A stretch of 64,000 nucleotides of DNA from Felis catus. Its lineage: Eukaryota. Below, piece by piece: positions 1 to 14,090 of this stretch. The notes under the pieces were generated by a model. It was not told the origin of the DNA. It was given only the letters and a program-made list of their open reading frames with translations, and searched no databases. The DNA lies in contig NC_058368.1 in assembly GCF_018350175.1 (NCBI RefSeq), positions 11,098,001-11,162,000 of the forward strand, read 5' to 3'. How positions within the stretch are numbered: position 1 is the stretch's first letter; each line of letters begins with the position of its first letter. Both the position numbers and the translations under genes were made by a program.

Positions 1-2010
1 CCAATTCCTGGCCTTTTCCGTATTTACTGCCTCACGGTCTCACTTCTCTCCGGGTGTTCAGCCTCAGCGAAGCTGGTTGAAGGGCTCTAGTCATCATGCA
101 GATGTAACTGATCACACACGACTCTGGGTGGAGGGGTGGTTTTCTCACTGCTGAGCCATATATCTAAGGTTGATTGGCCTTCCTATCAGAGGTATAAAGG
201 GGAATTACTGTTCTATTTCGTAGACTTCTTAACCACCCCTTCTCAAGCCAGCTACTACACTTGCAAAATGCTTCAGACATTCTCGAACCATACTGGATAT
301 GTGGCACAAATTGTCTAAAGTACATTTCACCCCCAAACATGTAAGCCCCAGACAGTTCTGATTTCCCTAATAACTTGTCACCCTGTGTATTTACTAGTAA
401 CATCAATATTACAAAACGGATATTGTGCCGTGAGGCCCAGAGTTGAGAGTAAAGGAGCCTTTCAAGGAAGTAGAAGTCTCATTTGTTAATCACTTGGTAA
501 ACCCCAGCAAGGAGGATCTAAATATAAATCAGACACTCGAGGAGCTCAGAGTCAGATAGTGAAACAGATACAGTTGCAAGTATTAGAACGCTAATACAAT
601 TGCATACAGTTCAGTGGTGGCTCAAAGAAGGGAGTTGTCAGTTATGCTGGGGTAGGGAGGTGCTATTAGAGACCCCCACATTATCATGTTAGCACAGTCA
701 ACTGCAAAACATATTAACCAAGGGCCTTCTGCATATGGGACGTAGCACCCAGCGGCTGGTTTACACATCAAGATGGCACAGTGGGAATGTAGACCAGGGA
801 GCTGCCCACGTAGTCACATCTAACCCCGTCCTGTCCACACACACGGCCCCATCTGAGCTGAGGTCCTGTCTCAGCCATCAGCATACCCACACTGACACAA
901 TTTCTGTTCCTATAAGGGTGGCTCAGAAGTTCTGTCCCTGTCTGCTGAGATTGAGAATGTGTTCATCGTACATAAAATAGGCGACAGGTGCTGAAGCAAG
1001 CAATTGAAAGGTAAACTCCTACCTGATCCCAATATAACCCCACGTAACCCAATATAACCACAGAAAGTTAACAATGGAAGGGAATAGGGAGAGAAGCTTT
1101 GAGAATGAGTGTGACTTTGGGTCAAATAACAGATGACTCATAAGTGAAGAATAAATGAAAACCTTGAAACTGAAAATGAGAAAGTCAATTTGATGCAAAA
1201 GGGGGAACATTATGATAAAGGATTCCCGTGACTAAGTGAAATGGAAGCTGATGTATTAGAGATGAAGACCCAGCTGGCAGCTCAGCAGTCCCATGAGGGT
1301 TGAAGAAGGGGGAAGCTAGGTGACCGTTCTGTGCCCGGTAATAATAATAGCAAAGGGGAGGAGAAGGGAGTAACAAGAGATTAAACAATGACAACAACAC
1401 CCCCTAGTCTGTGGAACCCTCAACACAAGCATGGTTTAAAAATAAACTAAAAGACAACAAATTGTTCTTCCAAGCTGCACCAGGTATCTGTATACACCCA
1501 GACACCTTTTTCATGGATCAGGAGAAGGTATCAAATCTAAAAACAAAACAAAACAAAACAAACAAACAAGAAACCTCCCCCCACCTGAAATCTAGGGATT
1601 CAAAGACAGATTCAAACCTAGAATGGAAAGAGAGAACAGAAGTGTCATACTTGAGATATAAAAAAGGAGATGGTGATCGGAATATGGACAGGTCTGGCCA
1701 CAGAAGCCACATTGACTGGTGAGGCAGAAGCCCTGAATCCTGACCCCACTACTGCTCCTATGCAGCCCCTGTGGTCCTGGAGACAAGGTTGCCCAGTGTG
1801 TTTCTGTTTCCTTGCTGGTAAAACAAGAGGAATGGAATACATATGTTCTAAGATCCTTGCCACACTTAAAGGATGTAAAGAATAGACTATAAAGTGAATC
1901 CAGTTTTTATAACAAGTTCAAAGTGAATTCACCACTCAGGAAGAATCAGATTTCTATCAGTTTGTAATATACTTTTTTTTTTAGATTGTCAACCCACTCT
2001 TGATCTAGTT

Positions 2011-2013
<3 letters not shown>

Positions 2014-2052
<39 letters not shown>
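2014..2052. repeat. (CA)n microsatellite, about 19 units
   Basis: Read directly from the sequence. Confidence 0.97.
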
Positions 2053-2055
<3 letters not shown>

Positions 2056-2320
2056 CTGTCCCATTCCTTCCTAAAATCTTTCATGGAATGTCATATTGTC
2101 TTCTTAAGACTTATCTTCCAATTTCAACCAGGATACCCATATTTTGAATCATTAAAGGCCATAATTTCCAAAGTTGGTATATATTCTGCCTCTTTTGCTT
2201 CTGCCTAGCTGCTGCTTGAGATGTGAGAGCCCTGGGTTTACCCAGCTCTGTGTGTGCTACCTTCTTTGGAATATATTAGCCAAGAGCTTTAAACAGTATC
2301 TGTTTAAAGTTGCATTGTGC

Positions 2321-2645
2321 CGGGTGGGGGAAATGGGCGAAGGTGGCCAAAAGGTACAGACTTCCAGTTATAAGATACATGAAGTCTTGGGGATGTAGAG
2401 TATAGCATAGCGGCTATAGTTAACAATACTATGTTGTTATGTGTTTGAAAGTTGCAAAGAGAGTCGATCTTAAAAGGACTCATCACAAGGGGAAAAATGT
2501 GTAACTGTGTGGGGTGATAGATGTTAACTAACTTATTGTAGTGATCATTTCCCAATATATACATATGTCAAATCATTATGTTGTATGCCTTAAACTTATA
2601 CAATGTTATATGCCAATTATATCTCAGTAAAACTGGGGAAAAATC
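2321..2645 (+). mobile_element. 5'-truncated L1 (3' UTR only; L1MA/L1_Carn-like)
   Basis: L1 3' UTR motifs (GGTACAGACTTCCAGTTATAAG ... ATATCTCAGTAAAACTGGGG). Perfect 14-bp TSD AAGTTGCATTGTGC at 2307-2320 and 2646-2659. Confidence 0.85.
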
Positions 2646-5228
2646 AAGTTGCATTGTGCAGTAGAATATGGCTTAATGAGCTTCAGTTATACTTATAAAT
2701 ATCAAATGAAAATTGTGAGGCGCAAATTGCCTTGATCCTACTGAGGGTCAAGTGCTCTCCCCTCCTGTTCAGTGCAATTAGACAGTAACACACATAATAA
2801 ACCAAAGAATAGAAAAGTCATTTCAGCCTGCCAGTTGAACATGGCATTGCACTGACTCTGTACCGCTCGGGTGCTAACACAACCTTGAAGACTCAGAAGA
2901 GTAGGATCCCCTCTCTTTCGTCTAGCTTCAAAAAGAATGGCAAATTAATTAAGAATGTTGTTGAGTCTTCCATGAAAACACACCTTCAGTGAGACTGAAC
3001 AGGAGGCTCTGTGGCCAGAGGGGCAAATCAATGAAAGTGAAGTTAGAAAAAGATGTTAGAAGATGAGAGTCAGATGACAAGACTGAGCGGCACCACAGCG
3101 AACGTCCTGCGAAGTTTTAGACAACAATCTTGGTCAAGTTACATTTGAATTGCTGATGAGCTGCCACTCAGAAGATGCCGCAGAGATAACAGACAGTTAA
3201 GATTCCACAGTATGGAGAGATGCGGTGGACAGTCGGATTCGGGACCTACGGATAGAGACTGGGTGACAGAATTTGAGTACGGGTTATCAATAAAAGGGGT
3301 GGGCAGGAGAGTAACGGTGGAAGCTGTTTTTTAGAAATTAGCACACAGGAAAAAAACCAGAGTCTTTAGGGCTATGTCTACACTAAATTTGCAAGGGAAC
3401 TTGAAAGGTCTGTTAGCGTTCACTGCCGTCCTACAACCTGGAGTTCCCCAAGAAGTTTTTGAAGCGGATGCTCTGTCTGCATTCCAGGTAGGATATTTTG
3501 TGGTGGGTCCCGTTAATTCGTACTTTGGTTCTCTCATAGGATATCCACCAGGGTGGATTCTGGTACTCCATTTGAGCTCTAGAACATTGAATTACTTGGG
3601 GGACCTGAAATGTGAGCTTTCTAATGAGTTTGACCTTATATGTGACCTGTCATGAAACTGCAGTTGGAGAGATTATCAGGAAATCCTGGGAAGGGCAGTG
3701 TCATTAAGAAAATTCTTAATGGAGGAGACAGAGTCAAGGATGAGGGAAGTCTCAGAAAAATCTACCCTGAGTTGGACGAGGATAAAGGGAAAATAGAGGA
3801 AGTTAGCATTGTTCATAAGAAGCCAAATACTGACTTTAATTAAGACCAAAAAAAAAGATAAAGAAAAAAATTTTATTTAAAAATTAAGTAAAGCACCAGG
3901 GGAAAAAATTAATGATTATCACATAGTGTGCCAGAGGTTTCTGTTAAAGGGGAATTTTGAAAAGAGAACATTAAGCAGGAGTAACCGTTTGGGTCATTAA
4001 AGAGGCTTTTATGAAAATTACCTGGAGAAAGTGACATTCATAATTGATAACCTGAAAGATAGTAAAACATTTCCCCGCACTTTCTTGTGTTTCTGTTTAA
4101 TTACTCTGTATCCTCTGAGATATGTCAGGGCAGCCGTGATTTTGCAACGTTCATCATCTGTCCAGGTTGAAACCGTCGCTGTAGGCGTATCTGTGTGTGC
4201 AGTAGACAACAGAGCAAGGATGGCAATCTGTACCTTCTAGTTCACTTTTGAGACTTTCAGCCTGGGTTACTTCTCATTAACAGAATTTAAAGTATATTAA
4301 ATGACAGCCAACTGATCATGGTTTAATCCTTGGGATTCGAATGGGAATGTTTTCTTTTTTCCTTTTACTCCACAAATAAATTGTTGTGTCAGTTTAAAAA
4401 ATGTCTACTTTAATGGCATACTTGAAAAATCCAGGATGTTGGCAGAATGAAAGCCCCGTTGAAATTTTAACTCTGCAATAGACTCATTTTTCCTTTGCCA
4501 GTATAGGGAATCTACAGGGACCTTTTGTTGCCAGACAAATGGAAAATTCCTATTTTGGGAATCAACCCTGACTATTTTTAAATAGTTTTCAGTCATTACT
4601 TCATCTAAGGCATAGCTTTTGATCCACTGCTCAAAGGATTAAACAAAACTCTGGATTTCAAGTGAAAGGTCAACCAACGCTACACATGCCTATGTCGACA
4701 AGGCCAAGTCATGCAGTTAATTAATGCTGGTGTATCTGAGACACATTTGTGTAAGACCAGCCATTTGTTTTAAGTTTCTTGATAAGTGTTTTCTTAAACT
4801 CATTTTAACAGTTTGATTTATTATGAGTATCCAAATTCTGTTTGATAATTTATTTGCACTGAGACCTCTGTGCTAAATAAAGCATGGATATGGATGGCTA
4901 AAGACACAGTTTTCAAAGTATAATGTGTCACATCATGACCATGATTGATGCTTGGACGTATTTCCAAATATACCCACACCCTTAGCTTAAGTGTAGTTTA
5001 GCTGACTGCAGATTGAATAACAAATGGAACTGAGATGTGGTGGAAACTTGAAGCTAAGTCAGATAAAGAACACTATCATTACCCTCGAAGGTGGATCAGA
5101 ATGGAAGAGGAATCTGGGATCTTGATGTGATGATAGCTACCACTGAAACGTGATGCTCCCAGCCCATGAAGAGACCTATTCATGTGTATTCACAATATTT
5201 AAATGTATCTTTTTAGAAAAGATTGTGA

Positions 5229-5425
5229 TATATATGTGCCTATATATATATACATATATATATATATATCATAGATCGTAAGTGTATACATACATATATA
5301 TGTTAGCCCTTCCAAATATATGTATAGAGAGAGAGAGAGAGAGAGCAAGTGCATGTATGAGTGCAAATGTGTGTATGTATTCTGTAGATGGATATATATA
5401 TATGGATATATATACATATATATAT
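5229..5425. repeat. Compound (TA)n/(GA)n low-complexity tract
   Basis: Read directly from the sequence. Confidence 0.9.
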
Positions 5426-7940
5426 TTAAAGATACATCAACAATGGCAAAAAATCATCTCAAATCATCTCAAATAGTTTCCCTGCTTTTCAAGTACATTT
5501 CTGATCAACATGGAAGTTGTAAATGTCCCCAGGCTCATATAGCTACATTTGATGAGAATCGGTTCTGGGTAGATAATGCCTGAGCTTTACTGATTAAAAT
5601 ATATTTTTAATTTTTCTTTCACAACTTTTCTTTTAGAAAAGTAAAGGCAATGGGATGCTTTCCTGGTGATTTATTTATTTATTTATTTATTTTTTATTTT
5701 ATTTTATTTTTTTTTTTGTATGTTAAACTAATTGTTTGCCTCAGGTCTATGAGCCTTAGGGGGTAGAAATTATCACAGAACCCCACCCAGGACCAAGCTG
5801 CTGCTATCCTGAAATTAAGTCTAACTTTGGGATGTAATTTCTATAGGAGCCCATGGCTCAAGTTTGAGGTGTTCTAAACTAAATCTGGAATTTTCAAATT
5901 ATCATGGAATTGAAATTTATTTGATGAGAATCACCCCTATGCCTAGTGGGAACATATCCTCTGAAGCTCCATTATTCATGTGCATCAGAGTTTATCTTTG
6001 ATATTGTAATAGCTCTTTCTGAATCTGTACCTGTTCACCAGGAAAGCCTAGAGATTAGCTTCCAAGTTACAAGTCTATATATGGTCTACTATCTAATTAT
6101 AATATGGTAGGAGCGTAAAAGATACATAGTTTGGATGCAATGAGTTATTTCTAAATATCGTTTTATACATGACTAAATATTTTAGAAGGAAAAATATTAA
6201 GTGACTTAGATAATAAAATTAACCTTTGGGTTATTACTAATATTATTAATGCAGTCAAATCCCAATAACTCATGCACAGTTTGGAGTTGATTGTTTTAAG
6301 TGAAACCTTGGCATTAGTATTCAATTTCTGTATTTATAATAAAAGTAGAAATAAGTGATATGGACAAGATGGGCCTTGCAAAGAGCACCATCATAAGTGA
6401 CTCTAAGTGCTAAGTGTCAGAAAAAAAACTAACTTAACCTCTGAGATAGATATCTACATTTTGAGGCTTAAGGTTTAATTGACTGACCAAAGTTGTATAT
6501 CCAAGGCAGTGGACTGAGGATGTGAACTCAGGTCTTGTGCTTTTCTGAGTATGAAGCCTCTTTCTAAGTCCCTTCATTCATTCTTTCATTCAATAGGTAT
6601 TTATTGAGCAATGATGCATTCTTAACAGTATGCTAAACATTATTCTTACAAGCAATATGCTTATTATCATGTTTACCAATCCTGCTTACCTGGGCCCTAG
6701 AGCAGTTCTCTAGGCCTTCAGGGTGCTAGCTCTCTCCTAGACTGGCAGAGACTCGGTGTATACGTTTGAAATATTCATTTCCTAGTAACTTTTACACTCT
6801 TTCGGACCCCGTGCATACTCCCAACTAGTCTAATTGGTGCTGTTTTGCTCTACCTAATTTTGTGTGTTCGTGAACTTACTACTTAAAGTCAGGATTCCCT
6901 ATAGGACAGAATTAATAGAGGCCAGCCACTTCCTAATAGTATTGCCCTCAAAGGCTCCTACTGGCCTAAACTCTGAAAAGGTTCTCAGATGTTGAACTGA
7001 TGCTGGCAAAAATGAAAAACCAGATGGAATTTTCAGGTAGAAATCCTCAGACTCTTTTCTGACTGTCAGGTGAGAGGAAGCAGCAATGAATATATCTTAT
7101 TTTAAAAACCAAGAGCAAAGGTTTTCCTGTGTTGATGCTCTCAGCCTCCTGTTTCAGAAAAGAGTTGGTTCTTCATATCCAGAACTGTGATGCATCCTTC
7201 TCAGCTTCAAATTCAGTGGGCTTTGGGGTTCTTAGAGGTGTCTAAAGTATTTCTCTCTTTCCCATTTAGTGAGACATAAACATTATCCTCACTCAAGTGC
7301 ACGGGAATGCTTAGCATAGTCCTGCCATGTGCAAGGCAGCCTTGCTGTTTTCATCATGACTGTTGTGTTAGTTGTGATCCCTTTAAAGCCTTCCTTTAAC
7401 CTATGGGGGACACTGAAAACTGACTGCCTCTGCGAAATGTCATGAATGAAATAAACAGGCGATTAAGCAGAGACAGAAGCTACACTGACATGATTACTTA
7501 CACTTTAGCATCAATGTTTTAGAAAAAAAAAATAACTCAAGAAGGGGAAAAGTTGAAGCATTTTCAGAAGTGTCTGGGGACTCATTAGTAATCTATGCCC
7601 TACCACACCATTTTTATTATGTATTTTTATCTTGGAAGAGTGGTGGAGTGTTAGGATTTCCAAGATTTCCCCAAGCCTGTGAAGAGCTAATGTGTTGTAT
7701 TTTCTCTCTCACTTCTGGATGAGACTCCTGCTAACAGGCCTCATTGGCTCTGTCCCCTAACTTCATCTGTCCTCTTACCCATTTTCTAAAGCATGTCCTT
7801 TCGTGTCCCATGACCCAAATAGAAACAGCTCCAATGAGAGCTTCACATGCAGTGTGGAATGAGGTACTGGTGTGCATGCTGGGAATCGACTATTTTGTCA
7901 TGTGCTTGCTCGAAACTCAGACCTGCATTGAGTGTAGAAA

Positions 7941-8610
7941 TCCGCTCTGGAAAACAGTATGGAGGTTCCTCAAAAACTTAAAAATAGAACTACCCTATGA
8001 CCCAGCAATAGCACTGCTAGGAATTTACCCAAGGGATACAGGAGTGCTGATGCATAGGGGCACTTGTACCCCCAATGTTTATAGCAGTGCTTTCAACACT
8101 AGCCAAATTGTGGAAAGAGCCTAAATGCCCATCAACTGACAAATGGATAAAGAAGATGTGGTTTATATATACAATGGAATACTACTTGGCAATGAGAAAG
8201 AAATCTGGCCATTTGCAGCAACGTGGACAGAACTGGAGGGTATTATGCTACGTGAAATAAGTCAGTCAGAGAAAGACAGATACCTTATGTTTTCACTCAT
8301 ATGTGGATCTTGAGAAACTTAACAAAGACCATGGGGGAGGGGAAGGGGGACAAAAGTTACAGAGAGGGAGGAGGGCAAACCATAAGAGACTCTTGGATAC
8401 TGAGAGCAAACTGAGGGTTGATGGGGGGGTTGGGGGAGAGGGGAAAGTGGGTGATGAGCATGGAGAAGGGCACTTGTCGGGATGAACACTGGGTTTTGTA
8501 TGGAAACCAATTTGACAATATATTATTTTTTTGACAATATGTTATTAAAAAAATCATTTATAGAAAGAAAAGAGAGAGAACAAAAAAGGAGACCAAAAAA
8601 AAAAAAGATA
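7941..8610 (+). mobile_element. Carnivore L1 3' end: frameshifted ORF2 C-terminus, 3' UTR and A-rich tail
   Basis: Translates to PLWKTVWRFLKNLKIELPYDPAIALLGIYP, then after a frameshift MFIAVLSTLAKLWKEPKCPSTDKWIKKMW, the typical L1 ORF2p C-terminus. G-rich 3' UTR and A-rich tail follow. Confidence 0.92.
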
Positions 8611-9228
8611 AATTCTATAGTGCTCCACAGAAGTTGGACAGGAGTTTCTCTACTAGTTACCTTGGTAAAGAAGAGTGGGAGACTGTACGATTACCAGATG
8701 AGTTACATCCATGTAAATATGCAGACTGGAAAGTGCAGTCCAAAATACAGCTTTGCTTTAGAGTTGTGTTTTCCTTGTTCAATTGTACCTAAATGGATCC
8801 AAAACTTCCTTGGTCCTTCTCTTTTCTTTGAGTGCTAAGTGAATGTCATCTGGAAACATATGTTTCAACTTAGTATCTGTGCATTCTACCTGTCTAAAAT
8901 TAGAATCTCTTTTAATATTAATACATCTTATTTGCTAAGAAAAGAATAGTAATTTAAGTGGTTGTCTTTGTGGGGGAAAAAAAATTAATTCCCTTGGCCT
9001 TGGCTTAGAGTCCTTTGTTCCCCGCCTGCTGGAAATTAATTTAAGTCATTCATTTATTTAATTGAGCAAGTTAGAAGATTTTAAAAAAGTAATTTATCCA
9101 ATAAAATCATAGGCTAATGGCCCCTATGAAATGCTAAGAATGCTAGCAGTGTTTAAGCTTTTTGCAAATAGTTGTGGAAAGGGTTTATGGGAGTAGATTA
9201 GATTTCATTTTAAAGTGCATTAAACGAC

Positions 9229-9430
9229 GGGGCGCCTGGGTGGCTCAGTCGGTTAAGTGTTCAATTCTTGATTTCCGCTCAGGTCATGATCTCTCAGTTT
9301 GTATGACTGAGCCCCGTGTCGGGCTCTGTGCTGACAGTGCGGAGCCTACTTGGGATTCTCTCTCTCCTGCCCCTCCCCTGCTCTCTCTCTCTCTCTCTCT
9401 CAAAAGTAAATAAACATAAAAAAATAAAAA
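9229..9430 (+). mobile_element. CAN-SINE (older, GGGATTCTC-type)
   Basis: tRNA-like head GGGGCGCCTGGGTGGCTCAGTCGGTTAAG, CT tract and A tail. TSD TAAAGTGCATTAAnnGAC at 9211-9228 and 9431-9448. Confidence 0.95.
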
Positions 9431-9811
9431 TAAAGTGCATTAAGTGACAAACAAACATGAACAATTCACCTTGTAACTTTCTAAGTACCTTAGGTGAATG
9501 AAAATAGGAGTTATATATTGGAGTAGTAATAAAGTCTCAGAGCTATGGTTAAGTATGTTATTTTAGTGCATCTACTGGAGAGGAATAAAATGTGTTTTAA
9601 AATAATATAAGGTCCAAGATTTCAGATTTTTTATGTGAGCTACAGTTCATATAAATCATCAGTTATTTCCCCCTTGGGATTGTTTTCTTGCTTAATCAAT
9701 GGAATACACAGTTATGCATTATAAGAAAAAGTTAATATGACACAATTCAAGTGGTAATTCCCTATAGTGAGAAAAGTTCCCGGGATGTTCTAAATTGGAA
9801 CGGGTCCTATC

Positions 9812-10081
9812 GCAGCACCATCCAATAGAAATCTAACGTAAGCGATATATGTCAATCTAAGTTTCCAATTTTCTTTAACCCAGCACCTCCAAAATGTTAT
9901 CATTTCAACATGTAATTAATATAAAAATCTCAATAGGGTATTTTCCCATTTTTTTCTAATGTTGTTGAGGTCTGGTGTGTGTGTCATTCTTGGCAACACA
10001 TCTCGGTTCAGACTAGCTCCATTTCTTGGCCTCGGGAGCCCAAGCGGTGAGTGGCTACGATGTTGGACAGCACAGCTCTAG
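9812..10081. mobile_element. hAT-Charlie MITE (MER3/MER33-like)
   Basis: Ends CCATCCAATAGAAA... and ...GTGGCTACGATGTTGGACAGCACAGCTCTAG; internal CATTTCAACATGTAATTAATATAAAAA. Confidence 0.75.
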
Positions 10082-10859
10082 ACCAAAGGCTTACTTGGGG
10101 CCAAACAGGTAAGAAAAGGGAGACAGAGGCCAAATGGGGCCTGTGGCAAGCCGCAACTCTTCTAAGATGTTCGGAACTGCTCTCAGCTCAGCTGGTCCCT
10201 ACCGTAGCCCTAGTTTTTAAGGAAACTGCCAGGTTTTCTGAGGTTTTTAGGGAAGCCAGAAATCCAGAGCCCTGCAGGCAATTTCTTGATTTTTAAGTGT
10301 CGGCAACAAATTCAAAACTTTTAAAACAGTATATAGGCCAGGCCCTCAGGTTGCCAGTTTGTGGCCTCTGTTCCCAGCATTTCAAATTTTAAAGCCTGCG
10401 AGGTTCTCTGGCTCACGCAACATGCTGTGTTAGGTTTGGTTAAGGACAATAAAGGATTCCCCTTTTGCACAAATGCAGACGTGTTCGAACATGTTTCTAA
10501 ATGCATGGACTGTGTCCCATGTAAGAGTCCACCCAGTGGTTGCTCTCCCCACCTGAGTTAGTGCATTCGAGAAAGAAAATCTCACGTGTTCAGAGAACCT
10601 AGAGTTGCAGAGGCTTCGTGATAAAGCATTTCATCGCTCTGGCTCCACTCCCTGGGTTTTTAAACATTCACCCCCCTTGTAACTATTTGCTCGGAGTCCC
10701 TCTCCCATGGCAGAGTGCAGGCTACTGGAGAACAGGCAGCATCTGGCTTGTCCCTTGCTGTCGCCCCAGCATCTGGTATATGGAGGACCTCATGGCAACT
10801 GTTTACGGAAAGGCTGCCTAAGTAAATAAGTCACTTCAAACCCAAGGAGGAAGTATTGC

Positions 10860-11530
10860 GGAGGATATAGAAAAGTTAGAACCCTCACGCACTGCTGGTG
10901 ACCATGTTGTCGCCACTACGGAAAACAGTCTGACAGTTCCTCAAAAAATTAAAAATAGAATTATCATATGATCCTGCACTTCCACTTCTGGGTATACACC
11001 CCCCATAATTGAAAGTAGGGACATGAAGAGACATTTGCATACGCCTATTCATAGCAGCCTTAATCACAGTAGGCAAAAGGCGGAAGCCATCTAACTGTCC
11101 ATTGATGAATAGCCGAACAAAATGTGATACAGACATACAATGGACTATGATTCAGACTTAAAAAGGAAGGAAATCCTGTCATATGCTACAAGGTGGATGA
11201 AACTTGAAGACATTATGCTAAGTGAAATAAGCCGGTCACAACAGGACAGATGCCGTATGATTCCACTCATATAAGGTGCCTGGAGCACTCAAGCTCATTG
11301 AGATCGACCGGTGGTTACCAGGGGCTGGGGAGTAGGAGGGGGCGGGGAGTCAGCGTTTAAGGGGTACAGAGGTTCAGTTTTGCAACAGAAAAAGAGTTCT
11401 GCGGATGGCTGGTGGTGATGGTTGCACAAAAATGTGAAGGTACTTAATGCCACTGAACTAACTACATGCTTAAAAATAGTTAAAATGGTAAATTTTGTTG
11501 TGTATATTTTAACACAATTAAAAATGCATA
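10860..11530 (+). mobile_element. Older L1 (L1MA/L1MB-like) 3' fragment
   Basis: GGAAAACAGTCTGACAGTTCCTCAAAAAATTAAAAATAGAATTATCATATGATCC, CATTATGCTAAGTGAAATAAGCC and the terminal TTAAAATGGTAAATTTTGTTGTG. Confidence 0.85.
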
Positions 11531-12606
11531 ATTTTTAAAAATTCAGGAAGGCCAAGAGACTTATCCAAGGTCATGATATTCTGCCCTGGATCTGTTTAAA
11601 CTCTCCCAGACAACTAGTAGTATTTTTTGAGGTCGTGTTTTTTGAAGATCTTAAAGCTGGGAGCCAGCAGACCTCGATGTTAATAAGTCATCGGATACCT
11701 TAGTACCTCACTTCCCACACATGTGTGGTCCTGTCTCCCTGAAAACAACTTACCAGTAGGTTAAGATGATGAGATGAAGTATGTGTGAGAAAGGCTAGGC
11801 ACTAGATTAATGGCTGAATTCATTATGCTCCGGGGACTTAACGTATGTGATACATTAAGGAGTTAAGGACTTAACGTATTCTTGAGATAGAAACTTCCCA
11901 GTCATCTAGCAAATAGGTACGAACCTTGTTGAACTGATGCCCCAGCACGATCATTCTCCAGTTCAGTTAAAATGGTGGACTGAATATAAAAGTTTACCTC
12001 CGTCACTGAGCAGATTTTTTACCTCGTTGCCTTTGTGACAATGACGATGTTATTTCAGAGCAGCCTTCCTTGTGGGCTGAAATGCCCTTGGAGTCAGATT
12101 CTTCTTCTCTTCCTCTCACAGTAAAGTGAGGTGGGGAGACAAGCCCACGTGCAACAGGATGTCTAGTCTCAAGACGCAGCACCACACCCCAAAGCACAGC
12201 TTCTGCAAGTGACCTTTCGTGGCTCACTTCAAGTGACAAGTGAGCTACGTGAATGTCTGTTGCACAGAGTAGCCTGATTTCAGCTCTTAGAGAAGAAGGC
12301 GTAAGCATTTTAATATTTTCCCTCTTTAGAGATTTGCTTTATTAGGAAAGGAAGCTCTCAGTTTCTGTCACATGCTGTATCACATCTCATTGTCCAAGAG
12401 GACACTCTCCTGAAGCTGAGAAAACACACAAGATTTCATGCTAGTTCTAACTCACCAGATGGCCCGGTTTACCCACCGTTGTGTTTGAAAATGAACACAG
12501 TTAAATGCCTTGCCTGTTTTGCTACTCACAGATAGGTTCTTCCTATAGTCCCAAGAGCTTGCAGTCACATCTTGTACTAAAATACGTTCAAGACTGATGA
12601 AAGGAG

Positions 12607-12731
12607 GTATGCCTGGATGGCTCAAACAGTTAAGCGTCTGACTTTGGCTCAGGTCATGATATTATGGTTTGTGAGTTCGAGTCCCGTGTTGGCCTCTGTG
12701 TTGTCAGCTCAGAGCCTGGAACCTGCTTCAG

Positions 12732-12781
<50 letters not shown>

Positions 12782-12853
12782 CCTCCCCTGTTCGCACTCT
12801 GTCTTTCTCTCTCTAAAAAATAAAGTAAAACATTTAAGAAAATTAAAAAGAAA
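12607..12853 (+). mobile_element. CAN-SINE (feliform type)
   Basis: Diverged head, AGCTCAGAGCCTGGA, long CT tract. TSD AAGAYTGATGAAAGGAG. Confidence 0.93.
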
Positions 12854-12978
12854 AAGATTGATGAAAGGAGTTGAATGCAGAAACAAAACCATAAAAATAG
12901 AAAAGAAAACAGGTGAAAAGTAAATCTTAGTTTGGGGAAAAGTCTATCAAGATATTAAAGCAAAGAAAAATAATCGCA

Positions 12979-13192
12979 GGGGCGCCTAGGTGGCTCAGTC
13001 AGTTAAGTGTCGGACTTCTGCTCAGGTCATGATCTCACAGCTCGTGGGTTCGAGCCTCGCGTCGGGCACTGTGCTGACAGCTCAGAGCCTGGAGCCTGCT
13101 TCGGATTCTGTGTCTCCCTCTCTCTCTCTCTGCCCCAACCCCACTGGCACTCACTCTCTCTCTCTCTCTCAAAAATAAATAAAACATTAAAA
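12979..13192 (+). mobile_element. CAN-SINE (feliform type)
   Basis: Full head, body and tail. TSD AAAAATAATYGCA. Confidence 0.95.
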
Positions 13193-13199
13193 AAAATAA

Positions 13200-14090
13200 T
13201 TGCAAAAGAAAAGTTGGTACATTTAACTACAATTTCTGCATATCAAAAATATGATAAAATGGAAGCAACACATTAGGAAAATATATGTAACAAATGTGAT
13301 AGGCAAAGGGTTAATCTGCAAATAAATGTCTCTAATCAACTTTTTAAAAACTTTACTATCCCAATACAATAATGGACAAGAGAAATTATTTTTCCCTACA
13401 AAAGAAGAAATATAAATGGCTAGTGTGAAAAAAGTTGTCCTCTTTAGTGATTAAAGAAACACATACTACACTGAGATGAAGACTGTTTCTACTTATTGGC
13501 AATCTTTTTTTTTTTTACAAGATAACCCTCAGTATTGGCATGCACATCCCGCTGAGAAGAATAGAAGCGGATGTGGTCTTTCTGGGAAGTTATTTAGCAG
13601 TGCCCCCTAAGAGCTTTAAATGTGATCATACACATTGACTCAGGACATAATTAGAAAAACCAAAAAAAAAAAAAAAGATACATAAGGATGTTAAGTGCAA
13701 CATTGTTAGTAGTGGTGAAAAATTGAACATAAATGAACAACAGGGAATTATTTATATAAATTATGGTTCACCAATGATGGCAGTAATGCTGACATTAAAA
13801 ACTGGGAGTCCAAAGAATATTGATTGAAATCTTCCGTGTGTATTGTGCACGATTATATAATGTGTAATTGTGTACATGTGTACAATTGATTACTGTTGCA
13901 GATACCAATATGCACCGTGGCAAATCTGTACGTATGCACTGAAAATCAGCAATATGTTAGTAACTGTTATCTCTGGATGTCCGGATCACAAATAATTTCA
14001 ATTTCAATTTTCTTAAAACTCCTCTGCCTGTTGGAAGTTTTCTACAATAAAAAGATACCATTTCTTTAAACGGAAAGTAAATTTTTAAAA
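13200..14090 (+). mobile_element. Degraded old L1 (L1MC/ME-like) fragment
   Basis: Eroded ORF2 3'-end and UTR motifs (AATGGACAAGAGA, GAAGAAATATAAATGGC, TAAATTATGGT, GTTATCTCTGG, TTTTCTACAATAA). Confidence 0.55.

Noticed and set aside
7744..8260. ORFs with clear protein homology
   Set aside because: Frameshifted L1 ORF2 C-terminus of a truncated element, not a host gene.
9229..9320. tRNA-like A/B box sequences as tRNA genes
   Set aside because: These are SINE heads followed by CT tracts, A tails and TSDs.
11834..11879. Short direct repeats (GGACTTAACGTAT x2; similar cases at ~1028, ~33031 and ~51181)
   Set aside because: Only two or three short copies, consistent with slippage micro-duplications; not CRISPR-like or an array.
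12617..13276. Recurring ORFs of the MAQSVK...AQVMIS type, also seen at many other positions
   Set aside because: All are translations of CAN-SINE bodies, not a gene family.
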